Shown one piece after another: positions 1-11,577 of a DNA stretch of 64,000 nt. Made by a program: the position numbers and the translations under genes. This DNA comes from Iphione sp. A-MEVVRFRX5. Taxonomy: Eukaryota. How positions within the stretch are numbered: position 1 is the stretch's first letter; every line of letters starts with the position of its first letter. The notes beneath the pieces are model-generated. The model did not search any database, was not told the origin of the DNA, and was given only the letters and a program-made list of their open reading frames with translations. Location: the NCBI GenBank assembly GCA_976226885.1, contig OZ320313.1, positions 37,448,001-37,512,000 on the forward strand, read 5' to 3'.

Positions 1-1825
1 AGCGCCGTTGATTCAAATGCCTAGTAGTTCAAACTTCATCACGACCAACTGTTGCTGTGCTACCTTACAGATACACTGTTCTTACTCTTAAACCTTTCGG
101 AATCTACCCAGCGTCCATGCCGCGCTTTCAGGAAATCCCTCTTCTGGCCTTATAACATGGCTAATCCAGCAGCAACTGGCTAATATATCATCATTCCACT
201 AAAAGGTACTGAGGTAATACACTGAAAATGCTGATAGAATACACTGAGGATAACTGAGAGAAAACAATACCAAAAGCCTCTCCTGCCTGCATACCTCGAA
301 TGAAAACAAATACACAAAGGAAAGGAAGACCAGTAAACGCACACCCTCTCATATGTGTCTGTCACAGCTGCAGTTGTTATTGCAACGGTACGAGTGTCAT
401 GGCTGCAGTAGTGGTACAGAAATGGCATTTATTCACAGTAGTAGGGTTGATAGGTTCTTTCAAAAGCGCAAAGAAATCAAATAAATACGCAAAATTATAA
501 CACTAGATATGCACTAACAGGATCATAACTAATCAGTGTTTATTTGAGATATACAATCTCTCATTTGTTGTCTTGTTTCATTTGCTTGTCAATATCCCGA
601 AATGTTTTTCAAGAGAGTGATAATCTTTTATTATCCTATTACCCATGGATATCAGTTTTTGCAAAGAACACTTCAGGAAAAAGAAAACCGTGAAAATGCA
701 TTACGATGACACTTACGCAAATTTTTAAGTAATTGAAAACTCAATGTTTTTACATGTAAATATACCGGATAATCAATTTTAGATAGAGCACCCAATGTCT
801 CACTAGATTTTCAATATAATAGAAACCCTCTCAGAGACCCCCTCGAAACGGGGGCCATCTCCTAAATAGGATTAGGTTTTCAAAGAGACAAAGTATTTTT
901 CTCACAGTTCACATCTACTAATATGTACGTGCTCATTCTTACTTTTAATGACCTTATCTTGAAACTATGTTCAGTACTGTTCCTTTTTTGGACTTTTTTG
1001 GAGAATCACTAAAAGATTATCATAGAACATGTTAGTAGTTTGAATTAGCAAGAAGATTTTCATCAGGTTCTTTACGTTACATATATGCTTCTGTGCTTTT
1101 CTCACTGAAAACTCTAATTGGATTTTAGCCATCCATTTTGTGATAAAAAATATGTAAAGAAAATAATTTGATGCAAGTATTAAGGTTTTTATTCAGATTA
1201 AGACCGCATAATTACTATTAATGAGTAGTTATAACATGCAAAAATAAGGACAAAGTGACAAAACATTGAGAAAAACAAAGTGGTACAAAGTACTTTAAAA
1301 TCGAGAAAAAAATCATGATTTCCCTTTTGACAATAGGACTTTCCGGGAAAAATTTAACCATAAATGAGAGAAACAAAGACGGCAGGGAACCAAATATATG
1401 AAAAGGAATCTGTAAATAGAATATAGAAAAAAAACGACGGTAAAGGACAACATTTTCCAGACCTCAGGCTCTCTAGCCGATCTGTTTGAATTCTCCCCTA
1501 TATATGTACAACTTTCAGAAATACTCTGATAAAATGATTGCTCCACCACATGCAGGTATTTAGATATAAAAACGTTTTTGGCAACAACATCTAATATGAA
1601 AAGACTAATTAGTGCCATGTCTTGGAATATTTTTCACTTTTTAGAAATATGTATCGCTGAAACTTGTCAACTGCAGTCTCCCTATTTCCATTTAAACCAC
1701 CTCTGTCGACCATTTCTATGTTCCTCCCATCCCCCCAAGTACATTATTCTATGTAATTGTACTGTGGTTCCACATTGAATTGGAGGGTCTATTGTTGTTT
1801 TCATGTCCTCTGACAAAATCTGTCA

Positions 1826-1924
1826 GTGCTTGGTGGGGATTCGAACCTTGGTCTGCAGAATGAGCTGTGGCTCCATACATAGCCATTGTACAGTTAGTGC
1901 TCCTACCCACTGCTCCACAGAGGC
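1826..1924 (-). pseudogene. tRNA-derived Pol III module (in copy A)
   Basis: Minus strand GCCTCTG-TGGAGCAGTGG (A box) ... GGTTCGAATCC (B box); over-long centre and no intact cloverleaf. Confidence 0.6.
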
Positions 1925-2078
1925 TGTGCATGGGTTAGACCATGATTCATTCATATATTGTAAGGTTAAAGTTGAATTATGGTTAGATCTCTCTCCATCC
2001 ATTGAAATATTCTTTCATAAATTTGTTAATGTGGGGGGAGAATCCACACACACCCCTTTCTTTCCAGTTTTTTTTTTT

Positions 2079-2223
2079 CATGAATTAAATGCACCCTTAG
2101 CATGACCTCCAGAAATATTTGCCACTTTTTCATAAATTCAGTGCATATTTAGCTGAACCTCCAGTAATATTTGCCATTTTTTCATAAATTAAATGCATCT
2201 TTAGCATGACCTCCAAAAATATT
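2079..2223. repeat. 52-bp minisatellite, ~3 units (copy A)
   Basis: Unit starts at 2079, 2131 and 2183; consensus approximately CATAAATTAAATGCATCTTTAGCATGACCTCCAGAAATATTTGCCACTTTTT. Confidence 0.9.
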
Positions 2224-2651
2224 CCTATCTTCCTTACATTAATGCCAGGAGAGACCCCCCAGACCCCTTCTCTTTTTAAATTTCTTTCTTTTTTTCACAA
2301 TTATGACAGTCTTTCTCGCATTATAGATGAGAGGACATTACATTTCCATGCCTTTCCATAATGTATGGTATACTAAGATGTGTGTGACTGTGTGTGTGTA
2401 CCCAAGCCTCTTGACTGGGCCTGCTGGTAATTAAAGGGTGGGGTAAAGAAGGGGGGCTAATCTTCTTGACTGGATTTGCAAATGGTACAGTTGTGATTTG
2501 TCAGATTGTTCTTGGTGCTTCCTCATGGGACACCCTTGATTGCTTCTTGACTGGAGGGGCTGGGTGGACAAATCTGTGCCATGAAAGCCACCTTGTCTAT
2601 TGACTCAGTGGACTTGTGTTGAGGGGGTGGTTTAAATCAGATAAAGTCCCC

Positions 2652-2721
2652 GGACAGCCCATTATGTGTTTATAAACAACTCGGCAAAGCCTCAGTCTTT
2701 ATAACACATATTGGACTGTCC
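2652..2721. repeat. Imperfect 70-bp palindrome/foldback
   Basis: Arms GGACAGCCCATTATGTGTTTATAAAC (2652-2677) and CTTTATAACACATATTGGACTGTCC (2697-2721); loop contains CTCGGCAAAGCCTC. Confidence 0.75.
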
Positions 2722-3678
2722 TCATACTTGATCTAATACATAAATCATCCCGTTGCCAGATAATCTGGTTATTGGGGTGAGCATACAAGTATCTCCTGAT
2801 GGGGAAATGTTGCATAACATAAAGTATACATAATGTTTCTGTGTTGTCCTTTATGTTAAGAAGTTACAGCCAAGTCGCCCTATTGCCTGAGATATCAAAG
2901 ATACCCCCTCCCCCATCTAGATAACACCCTGCCTTGTTCTTTCTGTTCTTTCCTAATCACCTTCATTGGTACTCATTGAAATACCTGCAGTACTCATAGC
3001 AAATAACATAATAACATACATATACATGTATATATAATACCATACAGATTTACTAAAATAAATAAGGACAGGGTCATCTGTGGCCCACGTATTACTCACA
3101 ACCCTACACCAACCCAGCCTGGTCCTACTAAGCCGCCCCCCCACCCGACGCCCTTCCCCTTCCCCGTTGTTGCATGTTAAAACACTCTCGCTGAAATCCC
3201 GGACCTGCGAGATTTGGCACGCGATGTCAGCGCCCATCGATTAGAGCCGCGCCGCGACCTCTTGCAGAGCCCGGTCGAACTAAGTACCTGCCAGATTTGG
3301 CCCTGGCTGAGCTGGCTGGCGTTCTGATGGGAGGGGATGAGTATGAACAAGTGCGACTGACAGTCAGGCACACAGGCAAAGGCATTCAGTGCGTACACAA
3401 AACATGTCTGGATTAATGGCTAGGTTCCTGTAGGCTTTTGTCTGTGACAGAATGGATTTTGTGAGATGGTATTATTGTCACCCTTCTATCATTATAACTC
3501 TCTTTCTTACAAACTCCTTTTGATTCTTGTGTTTATGGCTTCTTTTTGAAATCTTGCTGTATAACTGTCTCTGTCTGTCTAGGTTAGTTTCTGTCTGTCA
3601 CTCACATTCTCTTATCATGTCATCCCTGTGTCTCTCTGTCGCTCTCCACCTGACCCTTTGTATCTTTCTCTCGCTCCC

Positions 3679-3681
<3 letters not shown>

Positions 3682-3729
<48 letters not shown>

Positions 3730-3731
3730 TC
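3682..3731. repeat. (TC)n microsatellite
   Basis: Direct reading; one G interruption. Confidence 0.98.
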
Positions 3732-6700
3732 CCTACTGACACTGGACGTCGTAAAGCCGAATCAACAATATCCTATCGTAATCCGTCCACTCATTCATGT
3801 ATTTCCACCGATGGTCTCTCATTCAATCCAATCCAATCAGATCCATAGAGACCCTAGGCCCCGCAGTCCAACTCCCACTGCAACCCCAGTATTTTAGCAT
3901 TATCACATTAAAACCTCTGCTATTTGTTTCCATCCGCGGAGATCAAAGAAAGGATGGACGAGGTGAATGGATGGGCTTGTCAGGAGGCCGCCCACATGGC
4001 GCAGTGTAACATGATTCCCACGTTACCACACAAATATGCACAGAACGCTCCAACAGTAGATACTATCCTACTATGCAATACCTCTTTGCTTGATCACTGG
4101 TTTGGCATTTCCTATGTAGAGCCTTGGGGTACCTGTATTTGAAACATGGTCATGCGGATATGTAGAATTGACGCATCCCTTGGACATCTTTCACCAACCT
4201 GCAGTTTAGTTTGATATCTGGTACCACAACTATACCTCTGTACATTTCCTCCATATTTTTCAAGGTCCAACAAAGGTCTGTGGCTACGAAAAGTTCCAAT
4301 GCCACCAGCAGTGAAGGAAAACTGAAGTTCAAAAAACGGCCAGGCTTCCCAGCTATAGGTCAGTTAAGAGACAACTCTACATCATGGAAAAAAGGTAGTT
4401 CCTTGTCGACGGCTCGAGTGCATTGGAAAGGCATGATCTAATTTGTTAATAACGGAGGACTTAAATTCATGTAGGTATCTCTCTTTTTATGCTGTACTAG
4501 GATTTTTTAGTAGACAGCCACGTCGCACAGAACAATTTATGACGTTATCAATACCACTTTCCACCACTAACGCCACATGTACCTATTTATTTGGAAGATA
4601 ATATACTGTCTTTCTCTTTTCTAGTATTAGTCTGCCTACTGGTTTTAAGCAGTGAGGACTTCATTATCAAGCTTCGTCATGGTAGGGTACAATTGATTTT
4701 CTGCTACTTGGAATTTTATATTATATGTATTTGAATGTTCAGATGAAAGTCAAATCAGTATAATATTTATAAATTCCGTAAGGTCTTTCCCAGTGTCTAC
4801 AATAGCCAAAGTCCATCGGGTCATTTCATGTCAAATCAATAGATTTTAAAGGGGTCCAATGTCCTTTCCTCTCGGCTTTTTGCTCTTACCAACATGTATA
4901 TCACCATTTTAGGGAACAAAGATGAAGACGAAGTGGATTTAAGGAAACTTATTCTGGGAGCACGTCTCGACGACCTTTATCTCAGAGAGCAATGTAACCC
5001 GAGCTTTTACCGTATTTGGCTGATAGCAATTTGTTTCAGTTCCGCTATTTTCTGAAAGGTTCAACTCAGGACAATGTGTCTGGGTAGTTGGTTTGGAGAC
5101 TCAATTCTTTCATTTGAATGAATGATGACTGATGTGTTTTTTGCCCTTTTGTACTGGCGCTGGTAAGCCTGTTCAGCCTCATATTAGGTCGTTCGTAGCA
5201 ATTCAGTAGGACGCAATAGTATTGATTCATTGATCTCACACTTTGTGCATCATCATTAACAATACCACCTCATCATTAGTCAGGGTTTTCTGTCATCACG
5301 GCACAGCCAACTTCCTCTTCCTTGGTGTTCCGCTGCCCGTGGGTAACCGGAGATGCTCGTGTTCTCTGGAACTGGTACCTCTATTAAACAGCCAGCTATT
5401 GCTCAATGTCCTCAACCCTAGCTCCTTATACATCATAGCCGGAGTGGTCAACTGCCTGCTATTCTGACGTGGAAGCAATGCAACACATTGATTAAATGTA
5501 AATCATCTATTCATGGAACAGGCCGTTGTGTGTCTAAAAATATGGATTCGATAGAAATACACATGTATATGCTAGGGAATGCGTCTGAATCTGAGGAATT
5601 CGCAAGTGCATTACCCAGCCCGGAATGTGCACACTATGAGACTCTAGCCGTTTTACATGGCGGATATCGTATGTTCCCTCAGCAATATGGCTGTATAAAG
5701 ACAATATATGCTACGCAGACATGGAAATTGAGCCTACAGCAGATATTCAGGACGGGTAATTTTGGGAAAAAAAACACTGAAGAGGCTGTGCACATTAGTA
5801 CAACAGCATTTACTGCCCCATTTGATATGAAGAAGGATCAGTGTGCATTGTCTCTCAGATGTCCTCACACTTTCGAAATTGTAATACCCAAATTGTAATA
5901 TTGTCCAGGGCACAGTGTGAGTTGCCTGCCTTTATTGGTTACCCATATTTCTGAATTATATTCCCACTGAAATGCATATAGAAAAGCTCATTGGGACTAA
6001 GCAAAACAGCCAGCATCTGTGGGCCTGTAAAGCCGGTTGCTGCTGTAAAGATTTACAAGGCTGAACTTGAACTGCTATTACTACTCACCTTTAGCATCAG
6101 GTCTTTGAGGAACAAGAACAATGTGGGTCATATGGGAAAGGTAATAACATGGAATATCAGGACAATTTTTCATCAGAATTCTTGAAATTCATCATTGGTT
6201 GCATGATTCTCTAATGATTAGACCCTACCATAAATAACAAGAAGTTGTGGGGATGAGTCAGTATGCTCTATGTGTGCCTTTGTAGAGAAGCACACACACA
6301 ACTTAAGAGCCTAACGTGTGTGTATTTGACCGCATGTATTCCAGTGTGTGTTCCACACTGTGTGTCTGCATAATAGCCGGGTATTTACGATGTGTGTACC
6401 ACTGTGTACAAGGTGCTTGCTCGTAATTTATATATAACATATATATGCATATACATGTACATGAACATGCCTATATAGTAGTATGGGTCTTTGGCATATT
6501 TGACAACGTTTGCATTCAGCTGGTCCACCTAACCGCAGCCACGGCGTATGTACGATTGTCTGTGTACTGCGTGTCTGAAGCATGCCCATCTATGTGTGCA
6601 CCTGTGTGCACCGAAGCCAGTAACTCTGAGTCTCTTCATTGCTTGTATGTATGTATCTCTGTGTGCACAGTTATGTGTGTGTTCCTACAGTGTGTGTTCC

Positions 6701-9700
6701 CATTTACACAGAGGCCAGTAGCCCTGACGCCCTGTGTGTTTTCATCCATGTTAGTCGGTATGTTCGTGGATCTGTAGAGTCCTGCGTGTCTGGCCGTCAT
6801 TACTCCCGCCGGTGCCGCCCGCCACCACGCCATCTGGCGGGCAGATCTGAGAGCAGCTCGCGTACACAGACGCCCCTACACAGACGCTCATCGTGGTGGC
6901 TCCCCCTCCCGGCAGCCGCCTCGCCCACCTACTTCCGGTCGTTCCGCCATCATGAGGTACCCGGATGTGGGCCAAGTCTCGTCTGAGGCTCGGCGAATCT
7001 CGCATGTCTTCAAATTTCGACTTCTCCTGTGATCGTCACGTTCCCGGAGGAGGGATCTACAAATCTGGTCCTAGGCGGCCGTGGTGTTGATTGTTCTGTC
7101 ACACTAGAGATGCCACTGACAGCATAGCCCTGCCAAAGAAGCCTGTGGTGGCCGTCCCCTCTCATACAAGATGCCATTGATGTTGGGGACTAGGCTCTAC
7201 AAACCTAGTTATTCTATCACACAGGATGTCCTTCATTGGTTGGACCATAGTCTCTACGGGTCTATTCTCAATGGAAATGTTGGTATTTCTGCTCTGACTG
7301 GTGATAGTGGTGATGAGGGCCACCGTGTCTCTTTTGTCATTGTTAATCATTCGCTGTCTCTCACCTTTGTCCTTTCACATTTAGTTATGAAACGGAAATG
7401 GATTTAAGCATCGTAAATGATGAGACGAGCTGACATTCGCAAAATAATGCACGGGTATGGTTTTTTGTCGTTTGTGACTATTATTTATTATGTGGCCGTT
7501 ATTAATTTATTACTGAAACGGTATAGTATTGCTTTCTAAAGAGAAAAAGACAAAGAACAGAGAGACTAGACAGAATACTTGCTGCTTGCCGCTGAACGTG
7601 AGAATAACACGTTTCCTAAGTGCGTTCACCCTTATAATAAGCCAGTACTAGATATGTTTACCTGACAATTACATTCAACAACGTGTTTTTGTCTGCCTGT
7701 TGAGTACGATATATCTCTATCGGCGCTTACTGGTTGACTCCACACCAAAATTAAAGGGCCTTTTCTGCAACGATTTGTCTGTCTGGCCGTAGTGTCTGCC
7801 TGGGTGTCGCCAGCAAGGATTGTCAACCACCACGCTGACACAGATATGACAGACTAACCAGCTCGGTAATGCTTCCGCCTGCCAGACCTTTCCATCCAAT
7901 CATTTTGTTTCATCATCCTCTTTTCTTTATTCCACTCTATAATTATTCTAATTTTCGTAGAGAATAAATTTCTACCTTGGCCAAGTCAGGCTGGATTTTT
8001 GCTATGTTTTTAAAAATGCAGATCTCGACAGGCTCGTAGGTGAGGTAGCACGAACGGCTGTCTTTCCTACGCACTAGAAGAACTACTTTTCCCTTATAAT
8101 TGAATGGCGTGGAAATATCAATGAACGGTGTTTGTTTACCACAAGATACCAGAACGGCGAGTATATACCCTCCCTCTTCAGCTTCTCATCTGTCTTCATT
8201 TCAAGGTCTTTAGTAACCCTCTCGTCTGTCAAAAGGCCTGAGATGTGTTGATTCCGATGTCTGTGATCAGACCAGACAGTCTGTATGCATTTTCAGAGTT
8301 CCTGTTACCTCAGAACCGACCATTGAAATGAAACTGTAGCAGTATTTCTATACTTGTTGTCCATGTACACAAATATGAACTGCATCCGGCATGATAAAAA
8401 CCCACTGATACCAATATAGCATTCATAGTTTTATCTTATATTGCAGCTTGTATGTCTCAAATTATAAATTAAGCATGGTATTTATGTCTATAATATGTAA
8501 TCAATGTAACAGGTGCTTGTCAAATGTGTAACAATTTATTTGTATTTTCGCCATGAACTGCCAGTACTTTAAAAGAAATATATAGGCATGTTAAAATAAA
8601 TGGGCACATTCTTGCTAGAAGCTGCACCACTGTTTCTATCAGTTCAGATAAAAAGAAGAGAGGGGATGAGAGAAAAGGAGTGAGGAGAGGAAGAAGAGAT
8701 ACAGGGAGGAGAGAGGAGAGATGTAAAGGGGGAACGTAGAGGTAAAGGGACGGAGACAAAAGCGTGACATAACTTTCTCTACTTTGTACTCCATAGTTCA
8801 TCATATTTCCTCATATTCTATCCATTCACCTCTATATTCGAGCGACTTAACCCCGTTTGATTGTTTACACCTTTGCTTTGTTGGAATGTCATGAATGTGA
8901 TCAACGTGTCCTGGGTTGAGAGGATTAGATGTGGGATGTACAGGGAAAGAAACTAGTCGGATGAAGCGAAGAGATTGAATGGAGAGATTGGTGAGTGGAG
9001 AATGAGAATGAACACAAAAAGATAAATAAATAGAGAGTGTCAGTATACCAGCATGGTGAACACAGAAATGAGAAAACAACATGATTAAGCAAGAACAAGG
9101 GAAAGATAGGTCAAAGGTTAAATGAAGTGCGAATGAAATTATGAATTTATTTTGAATTGAAGTTTTTGTTAATTCATCAGACACAACCAGGACAGATGGA
9201 GAAGACGATATTAGACGGTGGAAAAGAGAAACTAAGAAAAGAGTTTTCGAAGGAATGTGAATGGGAAAAAGGGAGTTGAAAAGACCAAATGAGTGGCGTG
9301 GAGGGAGGGAGGAAGAGTGGGAGGGAGGGAGTATAGAAAAGGGACACACACGGGCAGAACGAGGAGGGAGGAAAGGGAGTGCGGGGCATGGGTGGTTACT
9401 CTCATCTGTCATACGTCACACGTCCGCCTTGGCCTCTAACTCCCTGGCGCCGACGGTCGAGATCGACAGGCTCTCGGGGCCGACGCGACTCGCTGATTAC
9501 ACCGTCGTCGACGCCGCGACCACCGCCGCGCCCACTCTGGCAGTCGGCCTATCACGCCCTGTCGTCGTCGGCCGTCGCCGACTAAGCGTCAATTACAAGC
9601 ATGGTTCGAGACGACGTCGCTCGACAGACTGGCCCAGTTGAGGGCAGACTCCAAACACCATGCCAAGCCGGTGCAATGCCATACCACCGCCATAATGTCT

Positions 9701-11299
9701 CACCCCTCCCTCCTCTTGGCAGCTGCCTCCAACCCCTGCCCTGCTGTTCCTGACTTAACCTCCCCTCCCGACAGACCCCCTTCCCGTGCTGCTTTCCTTT
9801 TGCTACATTGTCTGATGTGCATGGCATATCACTGATTGTCCCCAGATAAATTTCAGGTCTCATTGTCTTTCTCCTTCGACTCACTTGCATTACAACGCTA
9901 ATCATCGTGCTTCGTATGCAAAAGCCTCGACAGCTGTAACTGCTTCAATCTCCAGATGTTCTCTTACACATCCCGCCACACGTCTTCTCCTGGTGCACCT
10001 CCTTTGCTGCCCATTTTGCATGTCAACATAGCGATTTGTTTCCGCGAGTTATAAAAACTAATAGAAAGTCAGCGTAACACATCGTTTTAAGTGGCACGGC
10101 CTTGTGGTGCTGTTGGAACGAGCTCATTAGGCCAAATTAATTAGTGTTTATGTGTGTATGTGGGAGGTAGAATTAGGCGCCCGTTTCCGGGTAGGAGCAG
10201 ATGAGTACCGCCGCCGAATAGTGATGTATGTCGGCCAACCTCTGAACATCAACAGATCAATATGAGGCCCCTATAGCTCAGTGGCCAGCTCAACTCCTAG
10301 TTGATTCAGGCCCAAGTCAACCCAGCCTATATTTTTGTGTGGAGATGCTAATCACACTCAGTTTTGAGTAGGAGTAAGTCCTTCCCTCTTGTGGGTGGGA
10401 CAGATCCCTTAGAATGTTCTGTCCATATACATGTAGTAATATATACTTATGTGCTTATAAATACAGATGTGTGTGTACATGTGTGAACAGAAGCAATAAT
10501 TAGTTCTCCTTTTTAAAATAAACAAATATGTGTAGAAAAATACAAAAAATATTAAAGTCATAAATACATTAAGAGCATTGACGATGCATTCAGGATTTTG
10601 TAAATGAGAGTCGTACGTTCCATATGCCGTACGTCCAATGTCTCTCTGTGGGTATTCTCTTTGATACAGACCATATATATGTATTTTGAACCACACGAAG
10701 GTCTCGCGCCTTTGTTACATGGGACTCCTTCAGTTGAAAGTCTTGGCGAGATCGTTAACACAAGCAGAAGGAATAAATATAATATGCAGTAACGCAATGA
10801 ATTGTTGTGGTTTTATCCTTTTGGTGTTTGTCTTCCCTGGCATTAAAATATGAAAGATGACAGTAGGTTCCTATTTCTTTAAAAAAGAAACTACCATGGC
10901 TAGTGATTCACGAAAGCAGTTAGATTTTAAGACGAACATTACATTGACAGTTTACTGTAACACAGTCATGTTATAGTAAAGAAAAATAAGATACATATTG
11001 ACTGTTTTTGTATTTCAGGTGTAAGGCCATGTTTTCATGAAAATAAATCGTGGTCCGTGTGTGTGGCTAATCCTTTCTGGACCCTCTTCAAGTGTATACA
11101 TATCGTTATGTATTCCCTCATATCTCTGCATGGTTTTAGTGTGTGCATATATGTGTGAAATTCACGGACATTGCCCATTTTGGACATCACAAACACATAC
11201 ATGAAAAATATTTGCATAAGCATTTCAACTATGGAAATGCACCTGTTTGTTCACAAAGTTCTTCTTTTTGCTACACGCATCCACCATACTTGCATATAT

Positions 11300-11577
11300 G
11301 GGAGGGCTGTGAAAGGTGAAAGGTCTAATAATACTCCAATTTTCCTATACACACACATGCACTGAACAGCCTCTACCTCTGTACAGGCCTGAATGGAAGT
11401 CCCAGTAATGGTCACACCACTGTGCTGGCTCTGTGGCACAATGGATAAGAGTGGAGAACAACCAGAATCAGCAGAACAAGCCATAGTGGGTTCGAATCCC
11501 TCAAGGAACCTCACCATGAAAAAAGGAACTGAAATATCCACAACAAGACCAAGAAATAATGGACAGACACTACTACA
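11300..11577 (-). mobile_element. Partial copy D of the composite element (tRNA-like segment only)
   Basis: About 96% identical to 23192-23468 (about 11 substitutions in ~278 bp); the ORF track shows near-identical peptides at 11251..11586 and 23167..23541. Confidence 0.85.
11427..11510 (+). pseudogene. tRNA-derived Pol III module (in copy D), 5' end resembling tRNA-Arg(TCT)
   Basis: GGCTCTGTGGCACAATGGATA ... GTGGGTTCGAATCCC resembles metazoan tRNA-Arg-TCT ends (GGCTCTGTGGCGCAATGGATA ... GTGGGTTCGAATCCC); anticodon arm and acceptor stem not intact. Confidence 0.6.

Larger units (their letters stand above)
1696..2631 (+). mobile_element. Composite TTAA-flanked non-autonomous element, copy A (orientation arbitrary)
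   Basis: TTAA|ACCACC (1692-1701) ... GGTGGT|TTAA (2626-2635). Contains a tRNA-like module (1826-1924, minus), a 52-bp minisatellite (2079-2223) and a GCCACC-N14-GGTGGAC-like motif near 2587. Colinear with 20073-21033 and, inverted, with 22620-23527; flanks outside TTAA differ between copies. Confidence 0.7.

Noticed and set aside
1696-2721. Helentron/HINE assignment for the composite element
   Set aside because: The 3' hairpin next to copy A is not shared by copies B and C, and TTAA flanks both ends; left unassigned rather than excluded.
4842-5056. Protein-like open frame (NKDEDEVDLRKLILGARLDDLYLREQC)
   Set aside because: No recognised family and no convincing splice sites; cannot be supported without a search.
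10265-10400. SINE head (TAGCTCAGTGG A box)
   Set aside because: No recognisable B box at a suitable distance.
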